In this document: positions 11,056 through 21,218 of the stretch, in pieces
Numbering within the stretch: the first letter of the stretch is position 1
Layout: every line of letters begins with the position of its first letter
Assembly (NCBI GenBank): GCA_965140785.1
Contig: OZ223510.1
Location: forward strand, 192,001-256,000
Length of the DNA stretch: 64,000 bases
Source: an uncultured Ruficoccus sp.
Lineage (GTDB): Bacteria; Verrucomicrobiota; Verrucomicrobiia; Opitutales; Cerasicoccaceae
Direction of reading: 5' to 3'
Made by a program: the position numbers and the translations under genes
Notes under the pieces: model-generated
Seen by the model: only the letters and a program-made list of their open reading frames with translations
Told to the model about the DNA's origin: nothing
Database searches by the model: none

Positions 11056-12180
11056 ATGGGAAGCAGCCCACAGCGCATCACCATGGCCGACGTGGCCCGC
11101 CGCGCCGGTGTGTCCAAGAATGCAGTCTCGCTGGCACTGCGTAACGACCCGCAAATCCCCGAGGCTACGCGCCGAAAAATCATGCGGCTGGCCAAGCAAA
11201 TGGGCTATCGCAAGGACCCCATTGTCGGCGAATTAATGGCGCGACTACGACAGGGCGGGGGAGCTGCCCACCGTCTGAACCTGGCCCTTGTGAATGCCAA
11301 TGAAGATCCGCTGGCTTTTCGCCGTCATCCGACCATCCCGACCTATGTGGAGGGCTGCCGTCGGCGTGCTGATCAGTTGGGGTGCAGTCTGGACGGCTTT
11401 TGGCTGCACGAGGAGGGGCGGACGGCGCGGGGCTTTACTCGGATGCTTCGCAGCCGGGGCATCCGCGGATTAATTCTCGTCGGGATGATGGACACGAACC
11501 GTCTGCCTGCATGGTTCCTGCCCGTGGTAAAGGAATTTCCCGTCGTGGTGACGGGAGTTCGCACGGCAGACCCGGCGCTCTCGCACAGCTGCGTGGACCA
11601 CTATATGCTGACCTCGATTGCCATGCGTCGGGCGATTAAACTGGGGTACCGGCGTCCAGGGCTGATCCTGCATGACCGGATCGATCAGTTGGTGGATCAG
11701 CGCTTCACGGCGGGCTTCGCCAATGCTCAACGCCTGCTCCCGGCCTCCGGGCGCTGTGCGCCGCTGTACCTGAAGGATGACATCGAAAAATGCGCCCCGC
11801 GCTTCAAACGTTGGCTGCAACAGGCGCAGCCGGATGTCATCTTCACGCTCTACAATGTCGTGGTAAAATGGATACAATCCCTGGGTCTCCGCATCCCGGA
11901 GGACATCGGCGTTGTCCAGCTCGAGTGGCGGGCCAGGCACCCGGAGATTGCAGGCATGAACCAGCACAACGACGTGGTCGGGGAGGCTGCCCTGGACATG
12001 CTAATCGGCATGATTCACCATGCTGAGCGCGGCATCCCGGCCTTTCCGCGCTCCACACTGGTCGGGGCGACGTGGGTGGACGGCCCCAGCGTGCGCAGGC
12101 AGAAGCAGAGGGCCTCGACAACCCCTGCCGCCCTCAAGCCGACTCGGGGAAGGAAGCGCCGGGCACCCAGTGCCCCTTGA
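11056..12180 (+). CDS. LacI-family regulator divergent from araBAD
   Basis: N-terminal HTH ITMADVARRAGVSKNAVSLALRN followed by a periplasmic-binding-like domain; 61-bp divergent spacer to araB. Confidence 0.9.
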   Translation: MGSSPQRITMADVARRAGVSKNAVSLALRNDPQIPEATRRKIMRLAKQMGYRKDPIVGELMARLRQGGGAAHRLNLALVNANEDPLAFRRHPTIPTYVEGCRRRADQLGCSLDGFWLHEEGRTARGFTRMLRSRGIRGLILVGMMDTNRLPAWFLPVVKEFPVVVTGVRTADPALSHSCVDHYMLTSIAMRRAIKLGYRRPGLILHDRIDQLVDQRFTAGFANAQRLLPASGRCAPLYLKDDIEKCAPRFKRWLQQAQPDVIFTLYNVVVKWIQSLGLRIPEDIGVVQLEWRARHPEIAGMNQHNDVVGEAALDMLIGMIHHAERGIPAFPRSTLVGATWVDGPSVRRQKQRASTTPAALKPTRGRKRRAPSAP

Positions 12181-12552
12181 TCGCGATTGTCTGCGGGAAG
12201 TCCGGCTGCCCGAGATGATTGCCCTGAAGCTGCGTGGTCATAAGCCCGATGGTGGCGTAGAGGGTGTTGTAAAAGGCGCCCGTTGTCCGATGGTGCGGAA
12301 GTTTTTTACTGAAGGGCAGATCAGCGCCAACCGCTCCTTGTGCGTACGGTGCTGGTCGCGCAACTGACTCATGAGTGCGGCCACGAGCGGGTTGGGCCGG
12401 TAGTGAAGTTTCTCAGCAGACTGACGAATGATCTCCCGGGTAGCCGCCGGAATGCCAGCGTTGTTGAGCTAGGCGAGCGAGACCGTGGAACGCGAGTACC
12501 CGGTATCATCCGCGATGTGCTGTAGGGTAACCGGTCTGTGGCGCTTTGACAT
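12134..12552 (-). pseudogene. Decayed LacI-family regulator (nonsense codon, frameshift, large internal deletion)
   Basis: Manual translation gives MSKRHRPVTLQHIADDTGYSRSTVSLA*LNNAGIPAATREIIRQSAEKLHYRPNPLVAALMSQLR with TAG at 12469-12471. After a frameshift it reads ...FYNTLY/ATIGLMTTQLQGNHLGQPDFPQTIAIKGHWVPGASFPESA*, matching the C-termini of the two intact LacI proteins here. Confidence 0.85.
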
Positions 12553-12565
12553 GAGTGGCAGGTAT

Positions 12566-13993
12566 TCAGGTGCCCGGGGCGGAGACAGGCAACAGAGTGT
12601 AGCGATGCGGTTCGGGCTGTGCGGCCTGGGGAATCTGCGCTTCGAGGTCCTGGACTTTTTGACGAATGGCGGCCTCCTGTGGCTTCAATTTCAGGTAATT
12701 CTTGAGCGAACGGGCGTAGTAAGCGGCATGGGGCTGGCCGGCGTCGGTGGTCTCGTATTTCTTCAACTGAGCCTCCAATTGCGGCCGAACCTGCTCCAAG
12801 TCCACCGGGTGGGAGACATCACCGACTTTGGTATGTTCGATAAAGGCGAGGGTACGGAGCTTGTACACTTCCTGTCGCCATTGGTTGACCAGCGCGAGGA
12901 CAGAGAGGGCCTGCCGATACTGCGGCGTATCGGTAAAGGTGGCGAGATTCACGCCTGCTGCCCATTCAGCTCCGCTGAAAGTGCCGATGGGGACGTCATC
13001 GATGCGCAGCGCGTAAGCATCGCCGCTTAGACCGGTAACGGTCAGCATTTCCTGATTCAAGTCCTCCGTAAAGGGCACGTAGTCGAGTGCGGGCTCGACC
13101 CCCTTGTCGATGGGGAAGGGCAGAGCCTGCTCGCGACAGGTGAAGCTCAGCCCGCCAGCGCTGCGGGTAAGGCCGGAGACGGTGGCGCGGTCGGCCTCGA
13201 CCTTCAGGGTGGAGCTGTCGATGACAACACTGGAAACCACGGCCGGGGCCTGCTGCGCGGTCAGCAAGAGATAAGCCATGACGAAGTGGCCCGGCCACTG
13301 CGGGTGGATGCGGTCCGGGCCGATGAGCGTAAAGGACGGATCGTCGGCCTGGAGTTGATGGTTCAGCTCCGTCATCGGATCGTGGAATTCCACCACAGCC
13401 AGCCCTTCTTCGTCTGCCAATTGCTGGGCAAAGTCGCCCATCTCGCCCAGCGCGGCGTTGACGCCGGTGGCGCTCGCTCTATCTATTTCAGCCGTCTCAT
13501 CATAAGGGGAGGGCGTGATCAGCGTTACGGTCACACCGTCGGCTTGGAGCTTCTGGACGAGCTTGCGCAAATTGCTTTGATAGGAGGCGATTCGCTTGGC
13601 ACGCTGACTCGCCAGTTCGGGTGTTTCGTCCTGGCCGTATAGGTTGCGGCCCACATCGTTCATGCCGAGCATGATCGTGGCCGTGGTCGGCGAGGTGGGT
13701 ACGATGTCCCAGTCGTAGCGCTTGTTGGTGCCCCAAGTCGTGTCACCGGAGACACCGCAGTTAGCCACGTGTAGCTCTTGGTCGGGGAAGCGCGTCGCGT
13801 AGTAGAGGTAAACCCAGGCGTAGTACGAGCCGCCGTGTGTGATGCTGTCACCGATGACGCTCCAGCGGGCGCCATCCGGAAACATTTGCGGGGCCGATTG
13901 TTCCGCCCGGCAAGCGAGGAGGCTTAGCAGCAGGCAGAGGAAAGCCAGAATGCCGGGTAGTTTGAACGGGGAGGAGAAGGGATTTTTATGCAT
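12566..13993 (-). CDS. SGNH/GDSL hydrolase, probably an exported carbohydrate esterase (possible lipoprotein)
   Basis: Blocks IGDSIT, GVSGDT, GMND and PDRIHP; hydrophobic N-terminus ending LLAC. Confidence 0.85.
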   Translation of the reverse strand: MHKNPFSSPFKLPGILAFLCLLLSLLACRAEQSAPQMFPDGARWSVIGDSITHGGSYYAWVYLYYATRFPDQELHVANCGVSGDTTWGTNKRYDWDIVPTSPTTATIMLGMNDVGRNLYGQDETPELASQRAKRIASYQSNLRKLVQKLQADGVTVTLITPSPYDETAEIDRASATGVNAALGEMGDFAQQLADEEGLAVVEFHDPMTELNHQLQADDPSFTLIGPDRIHPQWPGHFVMAYLLLTAQQAPAVVSSVVIDSSTLKVEADRATVSGLTRSAGGLSFTCREQALPFPIDKGVEPALDYVPFTEDLNQEMLTVTGLSGDAYALRIDDVPIGTFSGAEWAAGVNLATFTDTPQYRQALSVLALVNQWRQEVYKLRTLAFIEHTKVGDVSHPVDLEQVRPQLEAQLKKYETTDAGQPHAAYYARSLKNYLKLKPQEAAIRQKVQDLEAQIPQAAQPEPHRYTLLPVSAPGT

Positions 13994-14104
13994 GAATGGA
14001 AGGTTCTTTAACAGCGAAAGCAGGTGAATATCAGCATTTCCAACACTCTCCCCAGAAACTGTCGATAAGCCGGGCGGAGATAAAGCAATTTCACAGACAT
14101 AAAT

Positions 14105-14130
14105 GATGCCCCCGCGAGAGCGGAGGCATC
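14105..14130 (-). terminator. Hairpin between the beta-helix gene and the SGNH gene (weak terminator or mRNA stabiliser)
   Basis: Minus strand GATGCCTCCGC-tctc-GCGGGGGCATC, followed only by ATTTATGT. Confidence 0.45.
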
Positions 14131-14167
14131 CAAAAACGAAAGGATAAGTGGCTAAAATACGTCCTGT

Positions 14168-16066
14168 TTATTGCCCGAGGCGGCGGGCGCGCTGATCCAT
14201 GAACAGGGACTGCGGCTCAAGTGTTGCGCCTTGGCCGACACCCTCGACGTGGTCCACCGGGTCGCTGACCGGCTTACGCAGTTCGGGATAATTGCCGTCG
14301 GTGCGTACCTCGTTGACAGCACCCTGAGTGCCGACAACGTAGCCCAGCCCGGCCTGATTGCTCCACACAACAAAGGGGTGGTACGAGTTGGAGAGGCCGG
14401 TGATGTTCCAGTAAACCGTTTGCGAGGAGGTGCTGTTGTGCTTGGGAGCGGACATCTTTGCGTAATACCGGTCCCGCGCCTCGAACCAGCTGTTATCAGC
14501 TACGCAGTTATCGATCAGGTTCGAGTGGCTGAAGTACATGTGGTGGTCACTGCCTCGGCCGGTGGTTGTACCCGGAGGGGCGGCCTGAGTGGCGGTATCC
14601 TTGTCGAGGCAGCGGTAGAGGACGTTACCGGAGGTGGACATGCCCGAGAAGGAGTAGCCATGGCGGGCGGCCTCGGCGTGGCAGTCTTGCAGGAGGCATT
14701 CGTTGCTGTTGTCCACGCGGAACATGTAGCCGTTTCCACCGCCGCCCCCGTAGAGGGTGTGCTCCATCGTACAGTCGATGACGGACACGTTCAGGCATTC
14801 ATTGAGCCGAATGCCGTTGGAAAGGATATGGCTGCCGCGTGTATTGCCCTCGGCCTGGAAGCTCTGGACGTTGACGATCCAGCCATCAACGACGTTGACC
14901 ATGGCGATGACAAAGGAGAAATGCACGTCGTAGGCGCTCTTGCGCTTTTTGGCGAAGTCGGGATCGAGGTTGTAGCCCTCGGCCAGACGCTTGGTGTAGG
15001 CACCGTCGGGGGCGGCGAAATCCAGCACGCCGAACCCGTCTTTACCGGGGTGTTCGACGTTGCCGATGCCGAAGTTCTCCAGCCCGACGTTTTCGATCTG
15101 ACCGGTCTTGAGATAGACCCGGGCGTTGTCGCGAACCTTGAGCGCGTAGCGGGTGGGGATGTCGATGGTCAGCTCGCTCGTCTCTGTATTCACAGATTCG
15201 ATACGGCGAAGGTATTTAATGTTGCCCAGCTTGTTTTCGTAACCATGCCAGCTTTCGGTTTCCTTGTGCTCCTGGACCCATTCCGGAGTCGGGTCGATGC
15301 GGATGATGACGGTGTCGCCCGCCTTGAAGCCGCTGGCGTCCTCGACCGGGATGACGGTCGTCGGGCTGAGCAGGTCCCAACTGATGGGGCTGGAGGGGGA
15401 CTCTTCCTTTTTCCAGTTTGGGGCACCGTCGAGGGCGACGAGGATGATCTGCTTGCCGCGCATTTCAGTGGAGGTGTTGAGCAGACGGGTTTTGTCCGGG
15501 CCGTCGCCGCGCAGTACGAGATCGCCCGTGCGGATGCGCAAGGCGGACTTGTCGTCTCCCTGCGGCTGGATATGATAGGTGCCAGCGGGCAGGTAAACCA
15601 CGGACTTGCCCTTGATCGCGCTGGCGGTGTCGATGGCCTTCTGGATGGCCACGGTGCTGTCCTTCTCCCCGTTGGGATCGGCCCCGTAGTCGAGGACGTT
15701 CAAAACCTGCGCATCGGCAAAGTCGGGGATGGGCTTTTCCCCTTTGGCATAACCGGCATAAGAAAAATCCTGAATAAAGGCGTCCTCACCGTACCAGGCG
15801 TCCTTCGGCGGCGTCCAGTCTTCGGGGTAGAGGTCGCTGCGCCAGGTCTCGGCATCTGCAGCGGTGTCAGCCCCGGCGACTGGTGCCGGCCCATCCTCAT
15901 TCAGGCCGGCACCTGCCGTGTCGCTGGACTTGCACGCCGTTGTCCCCAAGGCCAACAGGAGCACAAATGCGCCAGCGATTAATTTGTTCGGGACCAGCGT
16001 CGGAGCCGTGGCCAGGCACGGGGCTCCGAGCTTCCAGGTCTTCCTGGAAAAACACATACGAATCAT
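14168..16066 (-). CDS. Parallel beta-helix (pectin-lyase-fold, Pectate_lyase_3/GH28-related) protein, probable lipoprotein
   Basis: QDFSYAGY followed by LNVLDYGADPNGEKDSTVAIQKAID...VVYLPAGTY; lipobox-like LALGTTAC. Start codon uncertain. Confidence 0.75.
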   Translation of the reverse strand: MIRMCFSRKTWKLGAPCLATAPTLVPNKLIAGAFVLLLALGTTACKSSDTAGAGLNEDGPAPVAGADTAADAETWRSDLYPEDWTPPKDAWYGEDAFIQDFSYAGYAKGEKPIPDFADAQVLNVLDYGADPNGEKDSTVAIQKAIDTASAIKGKSVVYLPAGTYHIQPQGDDKSALRIRTGDLVLRGDGPDKTRLLNTSTEMRGKQIILVALDGAPNWKKEESPSSPISWDLLSPTTVIPVEDASGFKAGDTVIIRIDPTPEWVQEHKETESWHGYENKLGNIKYLRRIESVNTETSELTIDIPTRYALKVRDNARVYLKTGQIENVGLENFGIGNVEHPGKDGFGVLDFAAPDGAYTKRLAEGYNLDPDFAKKRKSAYDVHFSFVIAMVNVVDGWIVNVQSFQAEGNTRGSHILSNGIRLNECLNVSVIDCTMEHTLYGGGGGNGYMFRVDNSNECLLQDCHAEAARHGYSFSGMSTSGNVLYRCLDKDTATQAAPPGTTTGRGSDHHMYFSHSNLIDNCVADNSWFEARDRYYAKMSAPKHNSTSSQTVYWNITGLSNSYHPFVVWSNQAGLGYVVGTQGAVNEVRTDGNYPELRKPVSDPVDHVEGVGQGATLEPQSLFMDQRARRLGQ

Positions 16067-16120
16067 GGAATCTGAAGGGTGGTAACTTTTCTTTCGCCGC
16101 GGGGCAAGCCCTGGCCGGTA

Positions 16121-17005
16121 TTAGGCCCGGCGGGTGCGGCGACGCGCGACCCAGGCACCCATCAGGCAAACCGCCCCAAAGAGCGCGCCCATGTGCGAAG
16201 GCTCGGGGATGGCGGTACCGGTGGCCTCGAAGCTCTCAATACCGAAGCCGAAGGAGGTCGTCTGCGCGTTGGTTCCGTTCCAGCCATCTTCCTCAAAATA
16301 GATGCCGACGGCGGCGATGTTGTCGAGGTCCATGTCGTTGAAGCTGGCCGAGCCCGCGTCAAAGTTCAGGTCCGATGTCGGGTCGTAGGTCGCCCATTGC
16401 ACACTGGAGAGCGTGCTGCCGGATATCGAGAAATTGCCGCCATAGGTGTTCAGATTGATAACCGTGTCGGAGAGGTAGTACTGGCCACCGATCTCGACTG
16501 CCAGTCGTCCCTCGAAGTCGAAGGGCTCGCTGCCGGCGGTGTTGCCGTAGCCATCCCAGGTCATGGATATGCCGTTCAGGGAGATGTTGCCGGTTTCGTA
16601 CCCGGGATTGAAGTCTTGCTGGCGGAAGACGTAAATGCCGTGCAGGGACAAGGCGCTGCCTTCCCAACCCGAGCCATTGTAAGCCTGGAGGTAAATTGGC
16701 GTGCCATCGGCGAGGTCTCGGACCATTTGCTTGCTCAGGCCCTTGTCGATGGTTGAGCTGGTGTACTCATAGCCGCCGTAGAAGGTCGGGCCGGTGTAGC
16801 CGGAAGCCGGGCTGAGTTGTGTGCTGTCACTGAAAGCGTTGGTGAAGGTATAGGGGTCTGTCGCTGTCTGAGTGGTGGTCGTATTGAAGTTGGTGTCTGC
16901 ACTGACATAGTTGTTGGTACCATCGTAGTTGACCAGCACCGCGGCCTGCGCGGGCAGAGCGAGTCCGACGGCCAAAATACTGAGGAGGTATGAGGATTTC
17001 TTCAT
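16121..17005 (-). CDS. PEP-CTERM surface protein
   Basis: Signal peptide MKKSSYLLSILAVGLALPAQA; C-terminal IPEPS, TM helix and RRRTRRA tail. Confidence 0.92.
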   Translation of the reverse strand: MKKSSYLLSILAVGLALPAQAAVLVNYDGTNNYVSADTNFNTTTTQTATDPYTFTNAFSDSTQLSPASGYTGPTFYGGYEYTSSTIDKGLSKQMVRDLADGTPIYLQAYNGSGWEGSALSLHGIYVFRQQDFNPGYETGNISLNGISMTWDGYGNTAGSEPFDFEGRLAVEIGGQYYLSDTVINLNTYGGNFSISGSTLSSVQWATYDPTSDLNFDAGSASFNDMDLDNIAAVGIYFEEDGWNGTNAQTTSFGFGIESFEATGTAIPEPSHMGALFGAVCLMGAWVARRRTRRA

Positions 17006-17093
17006 GATAGGTATGTGTAGGGTTTGGGTGTTTGGGGAAATCGTCGTGGGCATCTATAACCCAGGATTAACCGGCCGGACAAGCGGGGGTTCA

Positions 17094-17107
17094 TTCAAAC
17101 ATTTGCA
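17094..17107. promoter_or_regulatory. Candidate LacI-type operator upstream of the PEP-CTERM gene
   Basis: Imperfect palindrome TTCAAACATTTGCA; 12/14 identical to the reverse complement of the site at 18248-18261. Confidence 0.5.
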
Positions 17108-17224
17108 ACAAGTGCGGCACGCGATCGTTTTCGTTTGCAGCAGAGAGGGCGGGGCGGGTCCGGCGCGAGAAGCCGGGTGGAGGGATAAGGGCGTAAAATA
17201 AGCGCCGCCTGTTGTTTCTATCGG

Positions 17225-18247
17225 CTATTTCGCCGCGGGCCTAATCGTGTCGCCGTCGTGAAATTGCCCCGTCACCATGAGGGACTTGGGGACGGTGGAG
17301 AGCCCGTAGGCGTTTTCGTGAATCTGGGACACCAGGAAAGAAACGGCACTGGAGGCCAGGACCTCGGCCTTCATGTCGAAGCCTGCGCAGTGGGTGGGGT
17401 TGTCCGGCTCGTACTTTTTCCACGACAAGAGGGAAAAACCGATGTCCGCGGGAATGCGCAGGCCGGTCTTTTTCAACACTTCGTAGCCATCGGCCTCGCT
17501 GATAACGAGGTCCAGCTGGCGCTTGCGAATCCAGGCGAGCATTTTATCCGGCGTGCTGATGTCATCTCTCATGACGGGGATGCGGGCGGCCCGGTGCTGA
17601 GTCTGGTCGAGCAGGTAGGCTCCGTGCAGCAGGCCGTGGGTGCGCGTGTCCATCGCACTGGGCAGATAGAGGCCGATCCGGCGGTAGCCGCGCTGGCGCA
17701 GGATGGCCAGGTGCTTGAGCATGTTGGTGAAGTGGTCCTGGATGGCGCGGTTGAAGTTGGGGCTCTCGACCGAGTAGCCGTAGGCCACGCAGATCCAGGA
17801 GTCCCACTTGTCGTCGAGGACGGTACCGGCTTGGCGGAAGGTACCGACAAGCACGCCCTTGAGCCCGCTGTTCCACCAGATGGAGCGCAGGCGGTCGAGC
17901 GTAACTCCCGGATCGTTGATATTATAGAGGTGGAGATTGTAGCCCAGGCGGGCGGCCTGCTCGCGGGCTTCATGGAAGACGACGCGGTGAAAATTGGTGC
18001 TCTGGTGGTCGTTATCGGTCAGGTAGGCCAGCCCGCTGCGGATGGGGTGGGGGCGGTTGGACTCGCGGTAGGCGCAGAGGGCTTTCATCGCCGCATCCGG
18101 CACGTAGCCCATTTCTTCGGACAGTTTCTGGATACGTTCCCGGGTCTTGGCTGAGAGCCGGGGATCGTTGCGCAGGGCGAGGGAAACTGTGGAGAAATGC
18201 ACGCCTGCTTCTTTGGCGATATCCTTGATGGTTATCTTGGCAGGCAT
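17225..18247 (-). CDS. LacI-family regulator
   Basis: HTH ITIKDIAKEAGVHFSTVSLALRN; 340 aa. Confidence 0.92.
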   Translation of the reverse strand: MPAKITIKDIAKEAGVHFSTVSLALRNDPRLSAKTRERIQKLSEEMGYVPDAAMKALCAYRESNRPHPIRSGLAYLTDNDHQSTNFHRVVFHEAREQAARLGYNLHLYNINDPGVTLDRLRSIWWNSGLKGVLVGTFRQAGTVLDDKWDSWICVAYGYSVESPNFNRAIQDHFTNMLKHLAILRQRGYRRIGLYLPSAMDTRTHGLLHGAYLLDQTQHRAARIPVMRDDISTPDKMLAWIRKRQLDLVISEADGYEVLKKTGLRIPADIGFSLLSWKKYEPDNPTHCAGFDMKAEVLASSAVSFLVSQIHENAYGLSTVPKSLMVTGQFHDGDTIRPAAK

Positions 18248-18261
18248 TTCTAATGTTTGAA
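18248..18261. promoter_or_regulatory. Candidate LacI-type operator abutting the lacI start, in the divergent spacer
   Basis: TTCTAATGTTTGAA (reverse complement TTCAAACATTAGAA), a near-palindrome matching 17094-17107. Confidence 0.5.
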
Positions 18262-18314
18262 CTTATAGTAAGCTGACGTCAAGGCCGGAAGCACGTAGGT
18301 TGGATGCATCGTTT

Positions 18315-21182
18315 ATGACTCTGTCCCCTGCCCAAACGAATATGCCTTTTTCCATGATTCCCGACCTGTATGCCGAAACATTCGACGTGGCCGTATTCGG
18401 TGCCGGCTACTGCGGCCTGGCCACGGCCATGCAGTTGGCCGCCCGCGGTGAACGCGTGCTGCTGGCCGAGTCCAATGGGCAACTGCTGTGGGAATCTTCC
18501 TCGGCGCTCGAGGAAACGTTGCCCGAGGTGTGTCCCGGCGAGGAGTGGCAAGCCTGGCAGCAAGAGCTGGAAAGCAAGAAGGCGCTCGGGCACGGTTGTT
18601 TCGATCCGCTGTCGGCGGAAATGCTCGCCGCCCAGAAACTTTCATCCAATCCAGCGAAACTTCAAACCCTGTTCTATGCCGTGCCCGTCGCCGCTCAACA
18701 GGCGGATGGAAAACTGGCCGCCGTTATTTTTGCGACCAAGGAAGGGTTTAGGCGCGTTCGCGCACGCCGCTGGGTGGACGCGTCGGAGACGGGCATCCTG
18801 CTGCGGCTGCTGGAACCCAAGGCCGGAAACGGGCATGCGCCCGATTCGGCACTGTGCCGCATGGCCCTTCAGTCCTATCAATGGGAAGAGTGGGGCGATG
18901 TCTTTGAAAAATACGCACATGCGCGGGGCATGCAATGGCGGCGCGGAGCCCGTGTATCCGAGCGTCAACTGGTTTGGCAGGACGACGGCTCCAGTTGGCA
19001 CGTCGGGCTCGTCAAGCGCGCCCGGGAGCTTCGTTCTGCCTTTGATGAAAAGCACCGTCCACTCATCAGCCATAGCTCGGCGGTCGCCTTTCCCATCTAC
19101 GGGGAAGGGCAGGCAACGGAATTGCCGAAGGGGCTGGCCGATAATCTTCTGCTTTTGAGTCCGGCTCACAGCGGGCTGGCTTTGGGCAATGTGGCCGAGC
19201 GTTTTGCCTGGGGCTGTCAGCAAGTGCGGGAGGTGTATCCCTCTCTGCCGGCCTGCACGGCGGAGGACCTCCCTGAATTCTCGCCGGAGTCAATCTCTGT
19301 CCGCCAGGAACACTCCTGCGAGGTTCTGGTGGCCGGGGCGGGGACGGCCGGTGCGCTCGCCGCCATGTCCGCAGGCACTCACGGAGCCCGGACCTGCGCG
19401 CTGGAGTTCGCACCATTCCCGGGAGGAATCGGAACGGGCGGGGGCATCACGAGCTATTTTTACGGCTTGCCCGGCGGGCGACAGGAAGACCTGGGACAGT
19501 CCACCGATGAGTTGACGCGGATCTTTGATGGGAGTGGTCATGAGCCGGAGCGGAATTACTGGCACCACGACGCCAAGAAAATCGCGATCCTCCAGGAATT
19601 TGACCGGCTCGGGGTCGGTTTTTTCGGGCGGGCTCTACTGTGCGGCGTAGAGAAAGACGGCTCCTCGGTGACGGCGGTTCTGGCCGCGATCGATGGCGAG
19701 CTGGTGCGCTTCACTGGGCGGGCCTTTATCGACAGCACGGGCGACGGCGATCTGTGCGCGTTCGCCGGGGCCGATTACGCGACCGGGCGCAGTGGAGACA
19801 GCCGGACGCTGGCCTACTCCCAGGCGGCAAGCACGCTGCAAAAGACCCAGCACGGACTGAGTATTCACCTGCGCAACTTTGATGCCGGCTGGCTCGATGC
19901 CACCAGCGCGAAGGATCTCTCTCGCGCCCGCCTCTCGGGGATTGTGCAGTACGACAAGAATGACTGGACAGACGAAACCCGGCCGCTGTTTTTCGCGCCG
20001 CTGCTGGGGGTGCGTGAGTCGCGGCACATCGTGACCGACTACACCCTGCAAATGGACGACCTGATCACGCGCCGCGAATTCGAAGACTGTATCGGGAGGG
20101 CCGGTTCGCATGCCGATACGCCACTCGGTTGATTTCGAGTTCGAGGATGACGAGACCGTGTTCTTTTACTGGGTCTGCCGACTTTTCCGCTACCCCGCTC
20201 CGGGCGCAGTTGCCCTACCGGATGCTACTCCCGAAAGGGCTTGAAAATGTCTGGATCGCCTGCCCGCGCGGCGGGGATGAACAGCAATGTCTTTTATGGT
20301 ATCCGCATGCAGCGGGATATGCAGCGGCTCGGCGAAGTTGCCGGGATGGCCGCCGCGGTAGCCGCCACTAATGGCGCGAAAGGTGCCTCCCGCGCGGTCC
20401 CGGTTCCTCAGCTTCAGCGCTCCATCAACGGCAGTATGCCCGCGAATGACGAGGGCGATCAACCCGGCCCCAATGGGGACGATCCTATCGAGCACCTGAA
20501 ACGGGGCGAGACAGGTACGCCGTTGTGGATGATTTACCGCAGTCCGGAACTTTACCGGGATCGGGTTCTCCACGTATTAACATCGGATGAGTCGCGGGCT
20601 TCCTTTTACGCGGCCTGCATCCTGGCTGCCTGGGGAGATTCCCGGGCGGAAAAACGCCTGCTGGAGGCAATCGCCCAGCGTGAAGATGGTGGGGTGGACC
20701 CTTCCGAGAATGTCGGGGCCTATGGACAGGAGATCGACATTCCCTTCTGGCTGCTGGCGACGATCCTGCTGCGCTGCTGCGGGAGCGAACGCTGTGTGCC
20801 GGTCTTGGTAAAGCTGGCCGCCAATCCCGACAATATCCTGAATGTTCGCAGTGCTATTGCGTTGACTCTGGAACGTCTGGTCGAGCGTAAAGCCGTCGCC
20901 AGGGCGGATGCCGAACAGATCGTGGATTGTCTGGCTCAGCCCATCGGCGACCGCACCCTGACACCTTCGCACTCCATCGCACGTGCGCTCCGTAATCAGG
21001 AGCAGAAGCAACTGACCAATCACTACATAGCCCCCGTGCGCGAAGACCACGCCTGGCAACTGCACCTGGTGTTGGGCCGTATCCGCCTGAAACTCGGGCT
21101 CGACCCGCACTGCGAAGCGCAGCGCTACCGGAGCGATGAGCGGACGTTCGTACGGCAGGCGTTTGCTCAGCTCGGGCTCTGA
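18315..21182 (+). pseudogene. FAD-dependent oxidoreductase (two GxGxxG FAD modules plus helical-repeat-like C-terminus) broken by three +1 C insertions; true pseudogene or assembly error
   Basis: VAVFGAGYCG and VLVAGAGTAG, FIDSTGDGD, GVRESR. Removing one C at each of 20121-22, 20193-96 and 20263-65 gives a continuous SHADTHSVDFEFEDDETVFFYWVCRLFRYPLRAQLPYRMLLPKGLENVWIACRAAGM...RMQRDMQRLGEVAG. Confidence 0.85.
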
Positions 21183-21218
21183 GCCCACAGAACCGGCCTT
21201 TTCGTCCCGCCTGTTTGA

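Noticed and set aside
10995..11195. N-terminal extension of araB in the ORF track
   Set aside because: Overlaps the divergent lacI gene; kinase homology starts at MPYSLGLDFGT.
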